From contig OZ260664.1 of NCBI GenBank assembly GCA_965285935.1, forward strand, positions 99,882,001 to 99,946,000: a stretch of DNA of 64,000 nt. The letters are read 5' to 3'. The stretch is from Ophelia neglecta (lineage: Eukaryota). The number at the start of each line of letters is the position of its first letter. The first letter of the stretch is position 1. The notes under the pieces are model-generated. The model did not search any database. It was not told the DNA's origin and saw only the letters and a list, made by a program, of their open reading frames with translations. Position numbers and translations under genes: made by a program. This document shows, one piece after another, positions 13,301-24,227 of the stretch.

Positions 13301-16300
13301 TGTGATGTCTGTTTACTACAGTGAAACCTGCCTTAAGGACCACCTCTATAATAAGACCACCTTTCAATTCAGACCACTAATATGAGGACCATGATGTATA
13401 CTTTCTATGTTAAATAACCTGTCTAAACGGCCCACCTCTGAAATCAGACCAGTATTTTCCAGTCCTTTGGGTCTTAATTCACAGGTTAATTCACAGGTTT
13501 CACTGTATATTCCTGTTTCGTATTTTCCAAAGCATGTGAAGTCTGCTACCTACATTCCTATTTCGTATTTTCCACAGCATGAGACTCTGTTACCTATATT
13601 CCTATTTTATATTTGCCACAGCATGTGCTGTCATCTTCATTCCTGTTTCGTACTTTCCACAGGAGGACATGGGGATGACGTACGATGAGTTGTCCGTTTA
13701 CGGCCGCCTACGGAAACCTGGGCGCTGTGGTCCTTACAGCATGTTCTGTAAACTGGTCTCTCTCTGGAGCCACAAGTGTACGCCTGCCGAGGTAAGTGTA
13801 CACCTACTGAAGTAACATCCTAGACAACAGTATTATAATAAAACTGGGGACTTCTCATTTTTGTCTTAATAATCAAAAACAATTTCTAGGAAAGAATTTT
13901 ATGACTGTCTACTTGCATATAGTTCAGTTTTAAATTGTTTGATAGTAAAATTGAAGGTTTTTTATTAACAGCAGGGGTGCGGAGCCTGCTGGAAGCTAAT
14001 TCCGAGATTAGGAAACAACAAAAGACCTATATAAACCTGCCCCAACCCTTCCCTAACCCTAAAATAACCCCCAGTAGTATCCCTAGCCTTACTGATGATA
14101 TTTTGCTTCTTACCACTCGGATATACCCATGACCTCTGCAACCACATAGCCTCTGCACATCTGCATTTAAGTAATAGCCCAATTGAATATGTGAGATACT
14201 TCAAAGTTGTGGGTTCAACAGTATTCTTGCAATGTTGTGTATTTCTGTCATTATTTTTCAAGCACTAAATAATGAATTAATATTGGCCTTTATAGAATAC
14301 TCCTTTACTTGTAACTTAGGTCAAGGCCCCTTACAATAATGATTTTTTTAGAATATATATATCACACCTATATACAAACAGTGTACAAAGGCTCTCTGGG
14401 CTTTCAGCCACTAACAGTCCTAGGCCCCAGGGCCTCTCTCACCCTGAGCAGCCACATCTGGGCACATCGGGGAGCCTAACAACTCCAGGTGGTTTGGGAG
14501 GTACCACCTTTCCGAAAGACGCTCCATGCCTGGGCCTGGGATTATACCTCGGTTATCAGAGTGGCAGTGGGACATGTACGGACTGTACTACTCCTCCCTC
14601 TATAACTCAAAACTTTAAAATAAGCTTGGGATTAAAGCTGGTGGACTATGACAAGCAGATAACTTTTCTTTGCAATTGCCCTGAGGGCAAGTAGCACCAG
14701 GAAACTACTTGCCCTCACCATAGGCTTACTGTCCCAAAAATATTTGTACATATAAAATATACAAGATATCCAACAATCGGCGATTTGGGGAATTTTAGCA
14801 GGTTGCCCGGCGGGAAGTTATTAACTAAAACCTTTGTGCCCGCAAGCAGATTTGAGGTGCCCCGGGACGTCGGGCAAAAGTTAGTGTAGACCCCTGTTAT
14901 GACAAGCAGATTTTTCTGTTAGCTAAGATTATCACATGCTTGTAGCCCAGTTTGCCAATGCCTCTGGTTTTACAATTGGCACTCCTGCAAATACAAAGTG
15001 AGAAAATTATATTATATTATAAATATTATTGTAGTACATGATCAAAATTGTGCCATCCTCTCCCGTGTCCAGGTGGCCACCAAAGTGAAGCATTTCTTCC
15101 GATCGTATGCTATTAATCGACACAAGATGACAGTGGTGACACCTGCCTACCACACTGAGAACTACAGTCCTGATGACAACCGTTTTGACCATCGTCAGTT
15201 TCTCTACAACGTCATGTGGCCATGGCAATTCAGAGAGATCGATGCAGAGGTAGGGCTTTTAAAAAAATGCTGTCATTTTGCAGTAATTACAGGGTATTTG
15301 TTTTTAAATCATATTTATGGGAAATAGTTAAAGCAGGTTAGGAAAACAGTAGATGCTAAGGCAATCATTTTTAGTTGTTTAGTGTATGAAACTTTTTCAG
15401 AAACTATTAGACAAGGCAGGGGGAAAGGAAATTCTTATTGGTGGTTTTAAGAAAAAATACTAAAACAGCTTGATATAAAGGAACAGATGATGTGATACAT
15501 GATTATTGAATATATTTACTTTCTAATTAAAAAAAATATATAGTATTAACTTAGGTTGAGGTGGTTTAGAACAAGCTAATGTCTTCTGGCCAGATATATC
15601 TTGCACTTATTCCATCAGGCAGGATTAAAATAAACAATTCCTCATTTTAATTTTATTCCACTTGTTCCACAAAATTATTGATCAGGGCGGTTGTGTAAAC
15701 CAATGAATTAAAAAGTGTTGGTCTAAAGGCTTGCCAATCAGTGTACACCTTGAGTTACTGGAGACAGACATTGGGACAGGAGACTGAATCGCCAGTAGCC
15801 GGCTGACAGATACCAGCCTGTCTTTGAGTGTTATTGCTGTAGACTACATACCTTTTCTGACATCTGCAGTAGTCGTACATTTAAACTTTAATGATACAAA
15901 CTTTTAATTTCAATGATTTGGAGCCCAGCAGGATATTTCTGTAACTAACAACATAAAGGGTATGCTTAATGCTAGGGATTCCCTCTACTGTATTTCCTCT
16001 AAGTATTCATGCACTTTTAATTCATACACTCCAGTTTCTGATTATTTTAATTTCGTTTCAACCTCTAATTATTAGTACACTTATCTGATACCCTATTATA
16101 CCGAAAACTAGTAGTCAAAATACCGGTAGTAATAATTTTGTTTTTGCCTCTAATTATTCATATCGCTGGAATTTGAAATAATTTTGGTGTCTAAAATATT
16201 CGAGGAATTACAGTAGTTCAAATGAGTTCATATGTAGAACAAGATAATTGCGGAACACTGCTGTGAGGGTCTATAATACATGAACAGGTTATGTACATTT

Positions 16301-18362
16301 GAGTGTAGAGATAATTATTGTCATTCTTGTTAGGTGGATCTTGATTTTTTTCAGGTTAAGAAACTTGAAGAAAAACAGAGCAGATTAGGGCAACCCAGCT
16401 CCAGCCAATCCACCCCTAACCATAGCTCCCCCCACCCTGGTCCTGGACAAGGAGGCAGTGGAGGCAGAGGAGGTGGCAAGGGCGTGTTTGTAGCAGGGGG
16501 TATCATGGGAGAAGGGGTCCAGGTGGGCATCAGCCCTCCGGATGTGAACATGGACCTTAAGGAAGACACTAATAAAGCTATGGATCTTTCTACCAGCGGC
16601 CGTAATACCACATACCACACTTCAGATGTTAAAAGAAACGGAATGGATGAAACACAGAACATAACTCAAAGTCACACCGATAATGGGAAACTGTCCAACA
16701 TTGAATTAGACGTGTTAGTTCCAGGAGCAGACGCCTCTATGTCTGTAGGCCGTGTGTTTGACCTCCATGCTGATGGCTCGGTCACTGACAAATCTGGAGT
16801 GCCAAACACCGAGTCTATTGCCACCAGTATTACTAATAGGTATATATTACTACATTAACTTGTACTGACTGACTGATCAATGAATCAGTCAAAGAATTGA
16901 AAGATTGGTTGATTAATTTATTTATTGAATTATTGAATTATTGAATTATTGATTGGATGGTTGAAGGTCTTATCACGATCAAATAAGTAATTAGGGCACA
17001 TTTTTTTGGTAATAAATAAGGTTTTGGCTTACAATTGAAGGGTGTGGGATAGATGTCGTCACATAAAAGAGAGTCTTGGGATGAGGGGGTCCAGGGCTGA
17101 GGGGTCTGGTGCAGAGGGAGTCTGGGAATGAGGGAGTCTTGGGCTGTGGGAGTCTGGGGTTAAGGAAGTCTGAGGCTGGCACTCGGCGGTCTGGGGCTGA
17201 TGGGGTCTGGGGCCGCTTGAGTCTGGGGCTAAGGGGTGGGATTGAGGGGGTCTCGGGCTGAGGGGACCTCTAGCTGAGGGATTCATGGGCTGAGGGAGTC
17301 TCACCATCTGGTTGTCTTGAACAAGTTGTAGATACAGAGGTTGGGTAGGTATCCATGCAACAACCCCCCCTCTTACCCCACTCCATCCCCTTCACCCCAC
17401 TCCACCCCATGATTTTACCATCTGCCAGAGACCCTAATGAGTACTGTGAAACCCTTATATTTGGTGGCCCTTAATATGCACGATTTTGGTGCTCTAATTA
17501 TTTTGTGCCCCTTTAATTCTGCGTTCCAGGTTTTAGGGACCTATTAAAATCCCTATGTCTAACATGCAAAATCCATGCCTAGCTTGTCCTTTTTCAACTA
17601 TTCACGATATTGTTTGGGCTTAGCTGCTCTGTTTCACTTAAATAAACTAGTTTAGAAAACATTATCAAAAAATGATCATAGCATTAGTTGGCAAATTGTT
17701 TTCTATGTGTGCTTGAACAAAAGGAGCATTTTCCTAATGAATTATCCCTAAATAGTAAGACCCTCTGTCTATTTTATTCTATGGTAGGCTAGCTTATTTG
17801 GCCAATCAGATAGCCAAATATTTTTGTCGGTCCTGAAAGGTCTAGCACAGCCGGCAGGGGGCGCCACTGCATGGGGAAGTCCTATTACATCACTGCAACC
17901 TTTAGAGCTTCTGTCAAAGGCTTCTTGCAGGTCTGCAGGACCTTAATTTTTCGTGAGCCCTTTAATTTTGCAGTTTTGACCCTGCTTTGGAGATTTGCAA
18001 AATAAAGAGCTCAAAAAAATTAAGCGTTTTACAGTATAAACATATTGGATATTAATGGTTAATATTTCTTATGATAATACTTATCGTTTTCTATTATCAG
18101 GTTTGACCACGAAGGAATTGATGATGGACCGACATTTGAGAACACACTGGAGGCGTGCATTGTATTCAACAATGGTAAAGCAGGCGGTATGGAAACCCCA
18201 GCTTCTGATTTTATTCCAGTGATTACTGCTCATAGTAGTACCAGCCAGGGTGGTTCTGCCTTCAGTAGTATAGGCAGTGATTGTGGCAAAAGAGGAGGAC
18301 AGCATCTCATCAATGGACACAGAGAGAAGACGCCTTGGAGCACCTCCATACTCTCAAACTGA
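1380..18362 (+). CDS. NADSYN1: Glutamine-dependent NAD(+) synthetase, 5'-partial (first coding exon upstream of the window)
   Basis: Phase-consistent GT-AG exons: 1380-1440, 1991-2107, 2995-3048, 3404-3545, 4462-4550, 6425-6542, 7249-7380, 8000-8196, 8366-8517, 9225-9393, 10051-10186, 10931-11037, 11292-11423, 12730-12799, 13663-13791, 15073-15249, 16355-16839, 18101-18362. Motifs: nitrilase-fold triad GPELE / RPK / EICEELW, P-loop [59 protein letters not shown]. The last exon is less certain; without it the frame stops at 16858. Confidence 0.95.
1625..1803. mobile_element. MITE with TA target duplication (Tc1/mariner-like), TIR CAGTGAAACCTG
   Basis: TA-CAGTGAAACCTG...CAGGTTTCACTG-TA with internal CAGGTGACC repeats. 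Related copy at 22563-22741. Confidence 0.85.
2570..2740 (+). repeat. G-rich low-complexity repeat (GGGGCT motif)
   Basis: Clustered G-runs and GGGCTGAG-like units, similar to 17075-17305. Confidence 0.5.
3187..3302. repeat. Short tandem duplication, ~47-53 bp unit, about 2.3 copies
   Basis: AAAATTACTATACTACT occurs three times, the first two followed by TGGTCAAT...TGTTTAAACC. Confidence 0.8.
4012..4111. other. Assembly gap (100 N)
   Basis: Run of N in a NADSYN1 intron. The flanking exons join in phase, so no coding exon appears to be missing. Confidence 1.
4687..4865. mobile_element. MITE with TA TSD, TIR CAGTGAAA(C/T)CTG
   Basis: TA-CAGTGAAACCTG...CAGATTTCACTG-TA. Same family as 13319-13505 (opposite orientation) and 22428-22560. 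Confidence 0.85.
5082..5885. mobile_element. Non-autonomous hAT-like DNA transposon
   Basis: TIRs TAGGGGCGTAAGGAT / ATCCTTACACCCCCA. Flanking 8-mers GTCTCGTG / GTCCCATG match 6/8, consistent with a decayed 8-bp TSD. Confidence 0.6.
7469..7868. repeat. Tandem duplication (~105 bp unit, 2 copies); the first copy is interrupted by a MITE
   Basis: GGGTCTAG...TCTGGACCTAGAGCCAGCTCTCTGTCCTCTGTCACTACTGCCTC.GGGAGCAGAGCAGACAGCAGAGGCTGGGGACTGGGTCTAG is present twice. Confidence 0.85.
7535..7712. mobile_element. MITE with TA TSD, TIR CAG(T/G)GGTCCCTG
   Basis: TA-CAGGGGTCCCTGCGATG...CATCGCAGGGACCACTG-TA. Family member at 51348-51522. The empty site is visible in the adjacent repeat copy. Confidence 0.9.
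8569..8730. repeat. Minisatellite, 28-bp unit, ~6 copies
   Basis: CAGGAAATTTCCAAGAAATTTTCCCAA(G/A) repeated. Confidence 0.9.
10788..10963 (+). repeat. Tandem duplication of a NADSYN1 intron/exon boundary (duplicate acceptor 103 nt upstream of the real one)
   Basis: ...ATATCTCAG|GCCAGAGTTAGTTTGGTCCTTGCCTATCTGTAC (10828) versus ...ATATTTCAG|GCCAGAGTTAGGATGGTGCTTGCCTACCTGTAC (10931). Confidence 0.9.
11706..12037 (+). mobile_element. tRNA(Ala)-derived SINE, full length
   Basis: A box TGGCCGAGTGG 11717-11727, anticodon-like CGC 11743-11745, B box GGTTGGAACC 11760-11769, (AAC)n tail. Perfect 13-bp TSD CATTAGGGCTTGA at 11693-11705 and 12038-12050. Confidence 0.92.
12240..12450. repeat. Minisatellite, 43-bp unit, ~5 copies plus degenerate flanking copies
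   Basis: AAATAACCAAGGGCCACTTTGTTATTTGGGTTTATAACTATAT. CCAAGGG occurs at 12248, 12291, 12334 and 12377. Confidence 0.9.
13040..13662 (+). repeat. 45-bp tandem array ending in the real acceptor of NADSYN1 exon 13663-13791, interrupted by a MITE
   Basis: Unit TTCCTATTT(C/T)GTATTTTCCACAGCATGTGATGTCTGCTACCTACA. The 15-aa periodicity of antisense ORF 13107-13367 reflects it. The last unit supplies TACTTTCCACAG|GAG. Confidence 0.85.
13319..13505. mobile_element. MITE with TA TSD, TIR CAGTGAAACCTG
   Basis: TA-CAGTGAAACCTGCC...CAGGTTTCACTG-TA. Reverse-complement homologue of 4687-4865. Confidence 0.88.
14660..14896. mobile_element. Truncated hAT-like DNA transposon fragment
   Basis: Right end ...GGGCAAAAGTTAGTGTAGACCCCTG with internal TGCCC/GGGCA repeats. 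Flanked by the direct repeat TATGACAAGCAGAT. Confidence 0.45.
15988..16213. mobile_element. MITE with TA TSD, TIR CTGTA(T/A)TTCCTC
   Basis: TA-CTGTATTTCCTC...GAGGAATTACAG-TA. Confidence 0.7.
17075..17305 (+). repeat. G-rich degenerate tandem repeat (GGGCTGAGGGG(A/G)GTCT-like)
   Basis: About 12 degenerate ~17-20 nt units with G-runs, which give rise to Pro/Ser-rich spurious antisense ORFs. Confidence 0.75.
17444..18034. mobile_element. Non-autonomous DNA transposon, TA-CTGT...ACAG-TA ends
   Basis: TA-CTGTGAAACCCTTA ... TAAGCGTTTTACAG-TA, with subterminal CCCTTTAATT repeats at both ends. Confidence 0.65.
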
Positions 18363-20561
18363 TCTGAAAATAACAAGTAGTATATGGACGTTAACTACTC
18401 ATATGACATAGCTGACTGAATCTGAGAAAAGTACATCTGAACATGGTTGGCTTGAATGTTTTGACTTGGGGAGATTAAGGCTTGAGGAATCAATCTAGTG
18501 GCAAGGAGTGGGGAGTCTCTCCTGGACAGGGGTCCTGTTGGCAAAGTTCCCAAGACCCCATTTGATAGAAGTCCACATATATATATATATCTTTTATTCC
18601 TCTACTTTTTGGAGAGAGCATTATGTACATTGATATAGACACACTACAAACACAACTGGTACAAGCATCAAGCAGTCCTAGGAATACCTCCAATTCAAGT
18701 ATTTGATATTAAAAGAGTACAATTTGAGATATACGTTTATGTACAATACTACCCAGGGTAACATTGATTAAAGCTGTAGAGTTTACAGATATAGGGGTAT
18801 TTAACTCATGATTTGCAGTTTATGTGCTACCATAAATCAGTTCACCCTATCCCTTTTTACCAGGCGGGCCTACAAATTGCTTGTACAGTGTAATATAATT
18901 ATATGGGAAACGCTATGGTACGAACTACAACATAGGAGGGTATTACATGGGTCTTCATGGGGTCCGCCCCCCAAAGTACATACTTTACAGACTGCATGAA
19001 GTAAAATGTACTAGATTGCTGTGTTCTCTAGTCTAGACTGGCCAGTGTGTGGAAACACTAAATTATAGATATTTAAAATAGGGCCGGCAAATATGAGAAA
19101 TGATGTGTATGATTTGTTCTGTACGAGTTTATGGGTAGTATTTAGGAATGTTTGACATTCAATGTTTACAAGCCAGGTGATATTAAAGACCTGACTAGCC
19201 GTCTTCTGTTGCTGTCAAACCTAACAGTGCTTGTAGTATATAGAGTGCTATGGATATTAGAATTCATTTAGTGGGTCAAGCAAAAGGCATCAGTATTTAC
19301 ATATGACATATGATATTGTGTCTAGAAAGAGTTTTAACATTTCTGTCGGAGAATTTGGCAAGTTTTTGACATTTTTTAATAGTATACATCGTGTTATTCT
19401 ATATTTGTTGATTTCAGTTACCTAGTGGTGGAATCCTATGAATAGTAGTATTTATGTTAAGCTTTGAGCTTCCAGATTGAAAATTAGCAAAAATTAGGAA
19501 AAAAAATGTTTGTCTGCGTTTAAATTTGAGTTTTTACAAAAAATGACACTTTATGGGGGTTTTTTTTGTATTAATACCCCCAAGATGTAGGTACATGTCA
19601 AAACAATATACAGTTCCGCTCGCGTATTCCCTACATGTTCGGTGTCCGTAGTACGAAGACCGTACGCGCTGAATAGGCACACTGAAATCGACCACGGACA
19701 GCACCCGTCAGCGTATTAGGGCGTATTATTTGCAGAATTTTAGATTCTTTTAGATTTTGTTCTCATTAAAAGTCATTAGGATGTGAAAATTTGGGAGGGG
19801 TGTGGGGTGGTACAAGTCAAATCTTTGGGGGGGGGGGGAAATAAACCTGCCCCCCCCCCTCCCCCAAGCACCTTCTCTGTTGCAATTTGCAGAAACAAGA
19901 GATGTTTGGAGCCTGTTTTTGCCCAAGGCCTGGTTTCTAGGAGCGGTCATAAGTTTATGGATTAGATTAGCTGAGACTGCATTTATCGGTGTTTACATGG
20001 CCCAGAATTAAGTTTAAGACTAAAATGGCTAGGTTTAGACCAAATGCAGGTTCCAGTAACCCCAATTAGCAAGTTTAGACCAATTAAGCACTTTAATTTT
20101 TAATCAGAACTATGACTGCTTCGTGCGCCCTGTGAACTTCCCTATAAATTTACAAGTGAATTTAAATGACCTCTTTGAACCCTAAATGCCATCTAGAACT
20201 TCTCATCAACATTCCAATTATGTCATTACAACATGTACATGAAGATGGAAAATTTGATTTCTGCAACAAGTTTCTTTTATGTATATGAATATGTATATGT
20301 GGTGCTTTTTGTTCTTTGCCTTATGATGTAATTTTCTTTGAATTCATAATTGTTAAAATATTATTGTGAGATATTTTTCATTATTTTCCAGGTATGCTTA
20401 ACAGCTATATTTGTTATACCTCAAGTATTAATTCTACAAATATTGTCTAAACTATTGTACCTTGTATGTATTTGCTAAACAAAATGAGAGCTATGTGTTT
20501 TTTATATGATATTCACATGCCGTTTGAGTTGTTTTTTAAGTTAATTGAAAACTTGCTCTTA

Positions 20562-21086
20562 CACCCCAGTCACACAGACGGTCGGGCTTAAATTGGCACC
20601 CAATCGGCCTGATGATATTTCATTTCTCGCTGTTTTGATCGGTTGTCATAAGTGAATTCATTTCTTGCTTTTAGTGTGACTGGGTATCGGTGGTAAATAA
20701 TTGTTCATTCAGTCAAACTCATTGCTAGTAGGTGACATTTCGCCTTTTAATTCTCAGCTTTTTTCATCGGTGGTTAGTATCAGTTCATCGGTGCCTTATC
20801 AGTGGCTTATCGGTGGCCTATCAGTGATATCGGTTGTAGACAGATTGTTAATCGGTTATTTGTGAGTAAGACAGACATTTTCACTGATCGAGAATTTAAA
20901 CACGTTTAAAAATCCCTATCGGTAGTTTTTCCCGACGAAACTCACCTTTACCCAATAGGATTTGATAGGTGGAAAACAGGCGACCAATAGGTGATATCGG
21001 TGGTAAATAGGTTTGCATCGGTCCCCGCCCTAATCTGGCTAATAAAACTAACGATCAATCACCGATGGCTCTGTGTGATGGGGGTG
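20562..21086. mobile_element. PIF/Harbinger-type MITE
   Basis: TIRs CACCCCAGTCACACAG / CTGTGTGATGGGGGTG, 3-bp TTA TSD on both sides, internal ATCGGTG repeats. Confidence 0.8.
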
Positions 21087-22427
21087 TTAGATTGCATGCT
21101 GTAAAGTCATAGTTTATTAATTTTGATTAATGCTCTTATTATACTTATTATTATACTGTGGTATTTGAAGAGCAGCATGGATAATTGTAAACCGTATTCT
21201 CTGTAATAATGATCACGTCGCTTAATTATTTATGTGGTAATTTTATGCTTAAAACCCCCAAAAAGCTAGTGAAAAGGGTCTAAGGGAGAGAAAAAAAGGA
21301 GGGTGGGTGCTTATTACAAAGACTACCATATTCATACTATTTAAGCTGTCTGAATAAACAATAATACCCCTTGAAATAAAGTAAACTGTACCAGAAACTC
21401 ATCCTAATAACATTATTACGCATTATGTCTGGGTTAGGCTTTTTCCAAATATTGTCCTCAAAGAGGGGTGGAAGCCAATTTATTTCCAAATCCCCCTCCT
21501 CCTCCCCCCCCCCCCCCCTCCTCCAGACATAGACAAGTATAAAGTCCTTCAACCCTATGAAATATATAGAGAAAATCACCAACCCCTCCACCTTCAGCAC
21601 CAGACCTGGAATATGCCTACCATCCCTTCTTGTGGGCAATTTGTGCAAAAATCATAATAGGCAAAGTGGTTAGTGTACAAATAATGTATTTTGCTATATT
21701 ATAATGAAATGTTTCATGATGTATTGCCATATGTACATAGCGGTAGAAAGCCTTATTATTATTTGGTTACATTACAATATTCAAATCTTGGTTTGCATGC
21801 TTAATGAGTAGGAATAAATTGTTGTATTAGTTATATAAAAGTGGCCATTTACTATATATTACATTGAAATGAGTTACTGTATTACATTGAATTGAAGTAG
21901 ACCATTATTTTCCTGCTGGTACACCTTTAAATTTGATTTGTATGATGAACTATCGTAAAGTGTGTATTGATCTTCTTTACCTGGGCCTTTATTAATAGGA
22001 AAAAGGCTGAGTAATGCATCATTCCTTGCTTAGAATGAGTCGAGGCTGGTCAGTGCCGAGCATCATTTCATGCAATGAATGATTAGCTACAAGGATTTTC
22101 ATCGACATAAATCCCCCATAGTACAAGGAATGACCACTTGATGTTGACTAAGGTGATAGGAATGCTGAGCTTGATCAAAGAGCCTTTTGGTGGCTATTAA
22201 TATTTCCTGCCAAATAAGCCAATATCTCAACATCTAATCTAAATGGTTAAAAATCTCTTCTTGTAACTTTAGGGGTTAAAAATCTCTACATCTAACCTAT
22301 GAGATTAAACAGAAAGGAAGTTCAATGCCAGAGTTAATTCACTGGCTATTGGACTTTTTCTCTCTTTGTTATTTAGATGTAATGCCCGGCCAACCTGACA
22401 GCATTCTAGTAAGGAAACTTACTACTA

Positions 22428-22838
22428 CAGTGAAACCTGTCTTAAAGACCACCTGTCAATTCAGACCAATAATATGAAGACCAAAATGTACATTTTAATG
22501 TAAAATAACCTGTGTAAACAGACCACCTCCAACATCAGACCAATATTTTCCAGTCCCTTGTACAGTCAAACCTGTGTTAGCGGTCACCTGTGTAATAAGG
22601 TCACCTGCTTATTAAGGTCATTCTTTTTTAGCCCCTTCTCCAATTAGGACCATGTAACTTAACCTGTCTAGTCAGGTCACCTTGCTAATGTGGCCACTCC
22701 TAGCCAGTCCCTTGTCTGACCTTAATAGACAGGTTTCACTGTACATTGAAAGTGTACATTATGTTCTTCATATTATTATTGGTCTGAAGGTGACAGGTGG
22801 TTGGAATATGGAAGTGATCTTTTGCAGGTTTCATTATA
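22428..22838. mobile_element. Nested cluster of TA-target MITEs
   Basis: Family-A 5' part 22428-22560, then a complete family-B element 22563-22741 flanked by TA, then an inverted partial family-A copy ~22742-22838. Confidence 0.75.
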
Positions 22839-23345
22839 TCCCTTTTCAAAACATGACTAGTTGTTTACAATAATGTATAAGGTAAATAATTATCTAAAGG
22901 AAGTACAATTATGTACTTTGAAAAAATCCTTTTTAGTAGTTGTGCATGCACTCTGTGATATAAAGATTCTGCTGTGATACATTGTTGCAGAATTAAATAC
23001 ATTTCTTAATAAAAAAAAAAAAAAACAAGAACAAATATTATTGTCAAATCACCTTTGATTAGAATATGAAGCTTCATTTTGAAAATTTATGGTTCACTGA
23101 ATGTACAATTAAAGTTGTAAAAACATATTACTATGGATTTTCGATAGGTTGTATTCATACTAATTTTGTATGCTTGTTGTGTATTTACATGTATCAATTT
23201 TTTCATGACATTCATTGCAGCCTAATTTGCTTCTTGCTTCATTCACTGAAGCTATTTGTATATCTAGCTAATGTTAGGTAAATTTGTTTGAATACGTTTT
23301 ATAGATTTCCACAAATAAATGTTTGCCAATATTCTATTTCTCTTT

Positions 23346-24227
23346 TTATGCCTCCGCCCAAAGGGAGCCGGAGGCATTATGTAGTCGGGTTGTCCGTCCG
23401 TCCGTCCGACCGACCGTTCGTCCGTCCGTCCGACCGTCCGAAGCAACTTTAAGCAACTTTAAACCGCTATAACTCCTTAGGGCTTTGAGAAATTCACTTG
23501 TGGCTTCATGGATGTTTGTTATGGCTAGTTGAGGATAATTTCATATTGTTTTCGGACCGATCGGAAAAACAAGATGGCCGCTACGATTCATCGGGTAAGG
23601 TCTGTATGTCGCGCAAAATCTCTCAAACGGATGTAGGGATTTTTCCGAAACTACATGGAAGTCATCTATTGGACATTGCGGTGTGCTGAAAAGGTTTTGG
23701 GCGAGATTGGACAAACATGATGGCCGCCGAGGGCAATAGTTTAGAAATGCATTAACATTGAATCTTTTGGAAGCTTAACGGTGTGAGATAGCCGCATAAT
23801 ATGTATTGAACACTAATAGGAAATCATATACAAGGAATCCAGTGGTAACGTTGAATTTCACCTTGGGTTTATTTTTCAAGGTCAAATCTTAATGCTGAGA
23901 GATGGGCATATAAAATGTTTTAAACACTAATAGGAAATCATACACAAGGAATCCAGTGGTGTCCTTGAATTTCACCTTTCGGTTTATTTTTGTTCATATT
24001 GTTTTCGGACCGATCAGAAACACAAGATGGCCGCCACGATTCATCAGGTAAGGTTTGTATGTCGCGCGAAGTCTCTAAAGTCTTTGCAACACTACATCTG
24101 CTTCTGACAAATTTTCCCCTAAATCTTTCATCCGCTAATAAACATCTTGGCGGAGGCATCCAGGCGACGCCGCTAGGCATCGCTCGACTGTTCAAGTCGA
24201 CTTCGATCCACATTGACTACTATCTAG
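23346..24227 (+). mobile_element. Non-autonomous Helentron-type element (HINE / DINE-1-like)
   Basis: T-run then subTIR ATGCCTCCGCC with a nearby inverted copy CGGAGGCAT, (GTCC)n microsatellite, duplicated core blocks (23540-23623 / 23992-24075 and 23808-23876 / 23923-23991), 3' subTIR GGCGGAGGCAT, short hairpin, CTAG followed by a T-run. Confidence 0.8.

Noticed and set aside
16991-17307. Pro/Ser-rich antisense ORFs
   Set aside because: By-product of the G-rich repeat; no splice or homology support.
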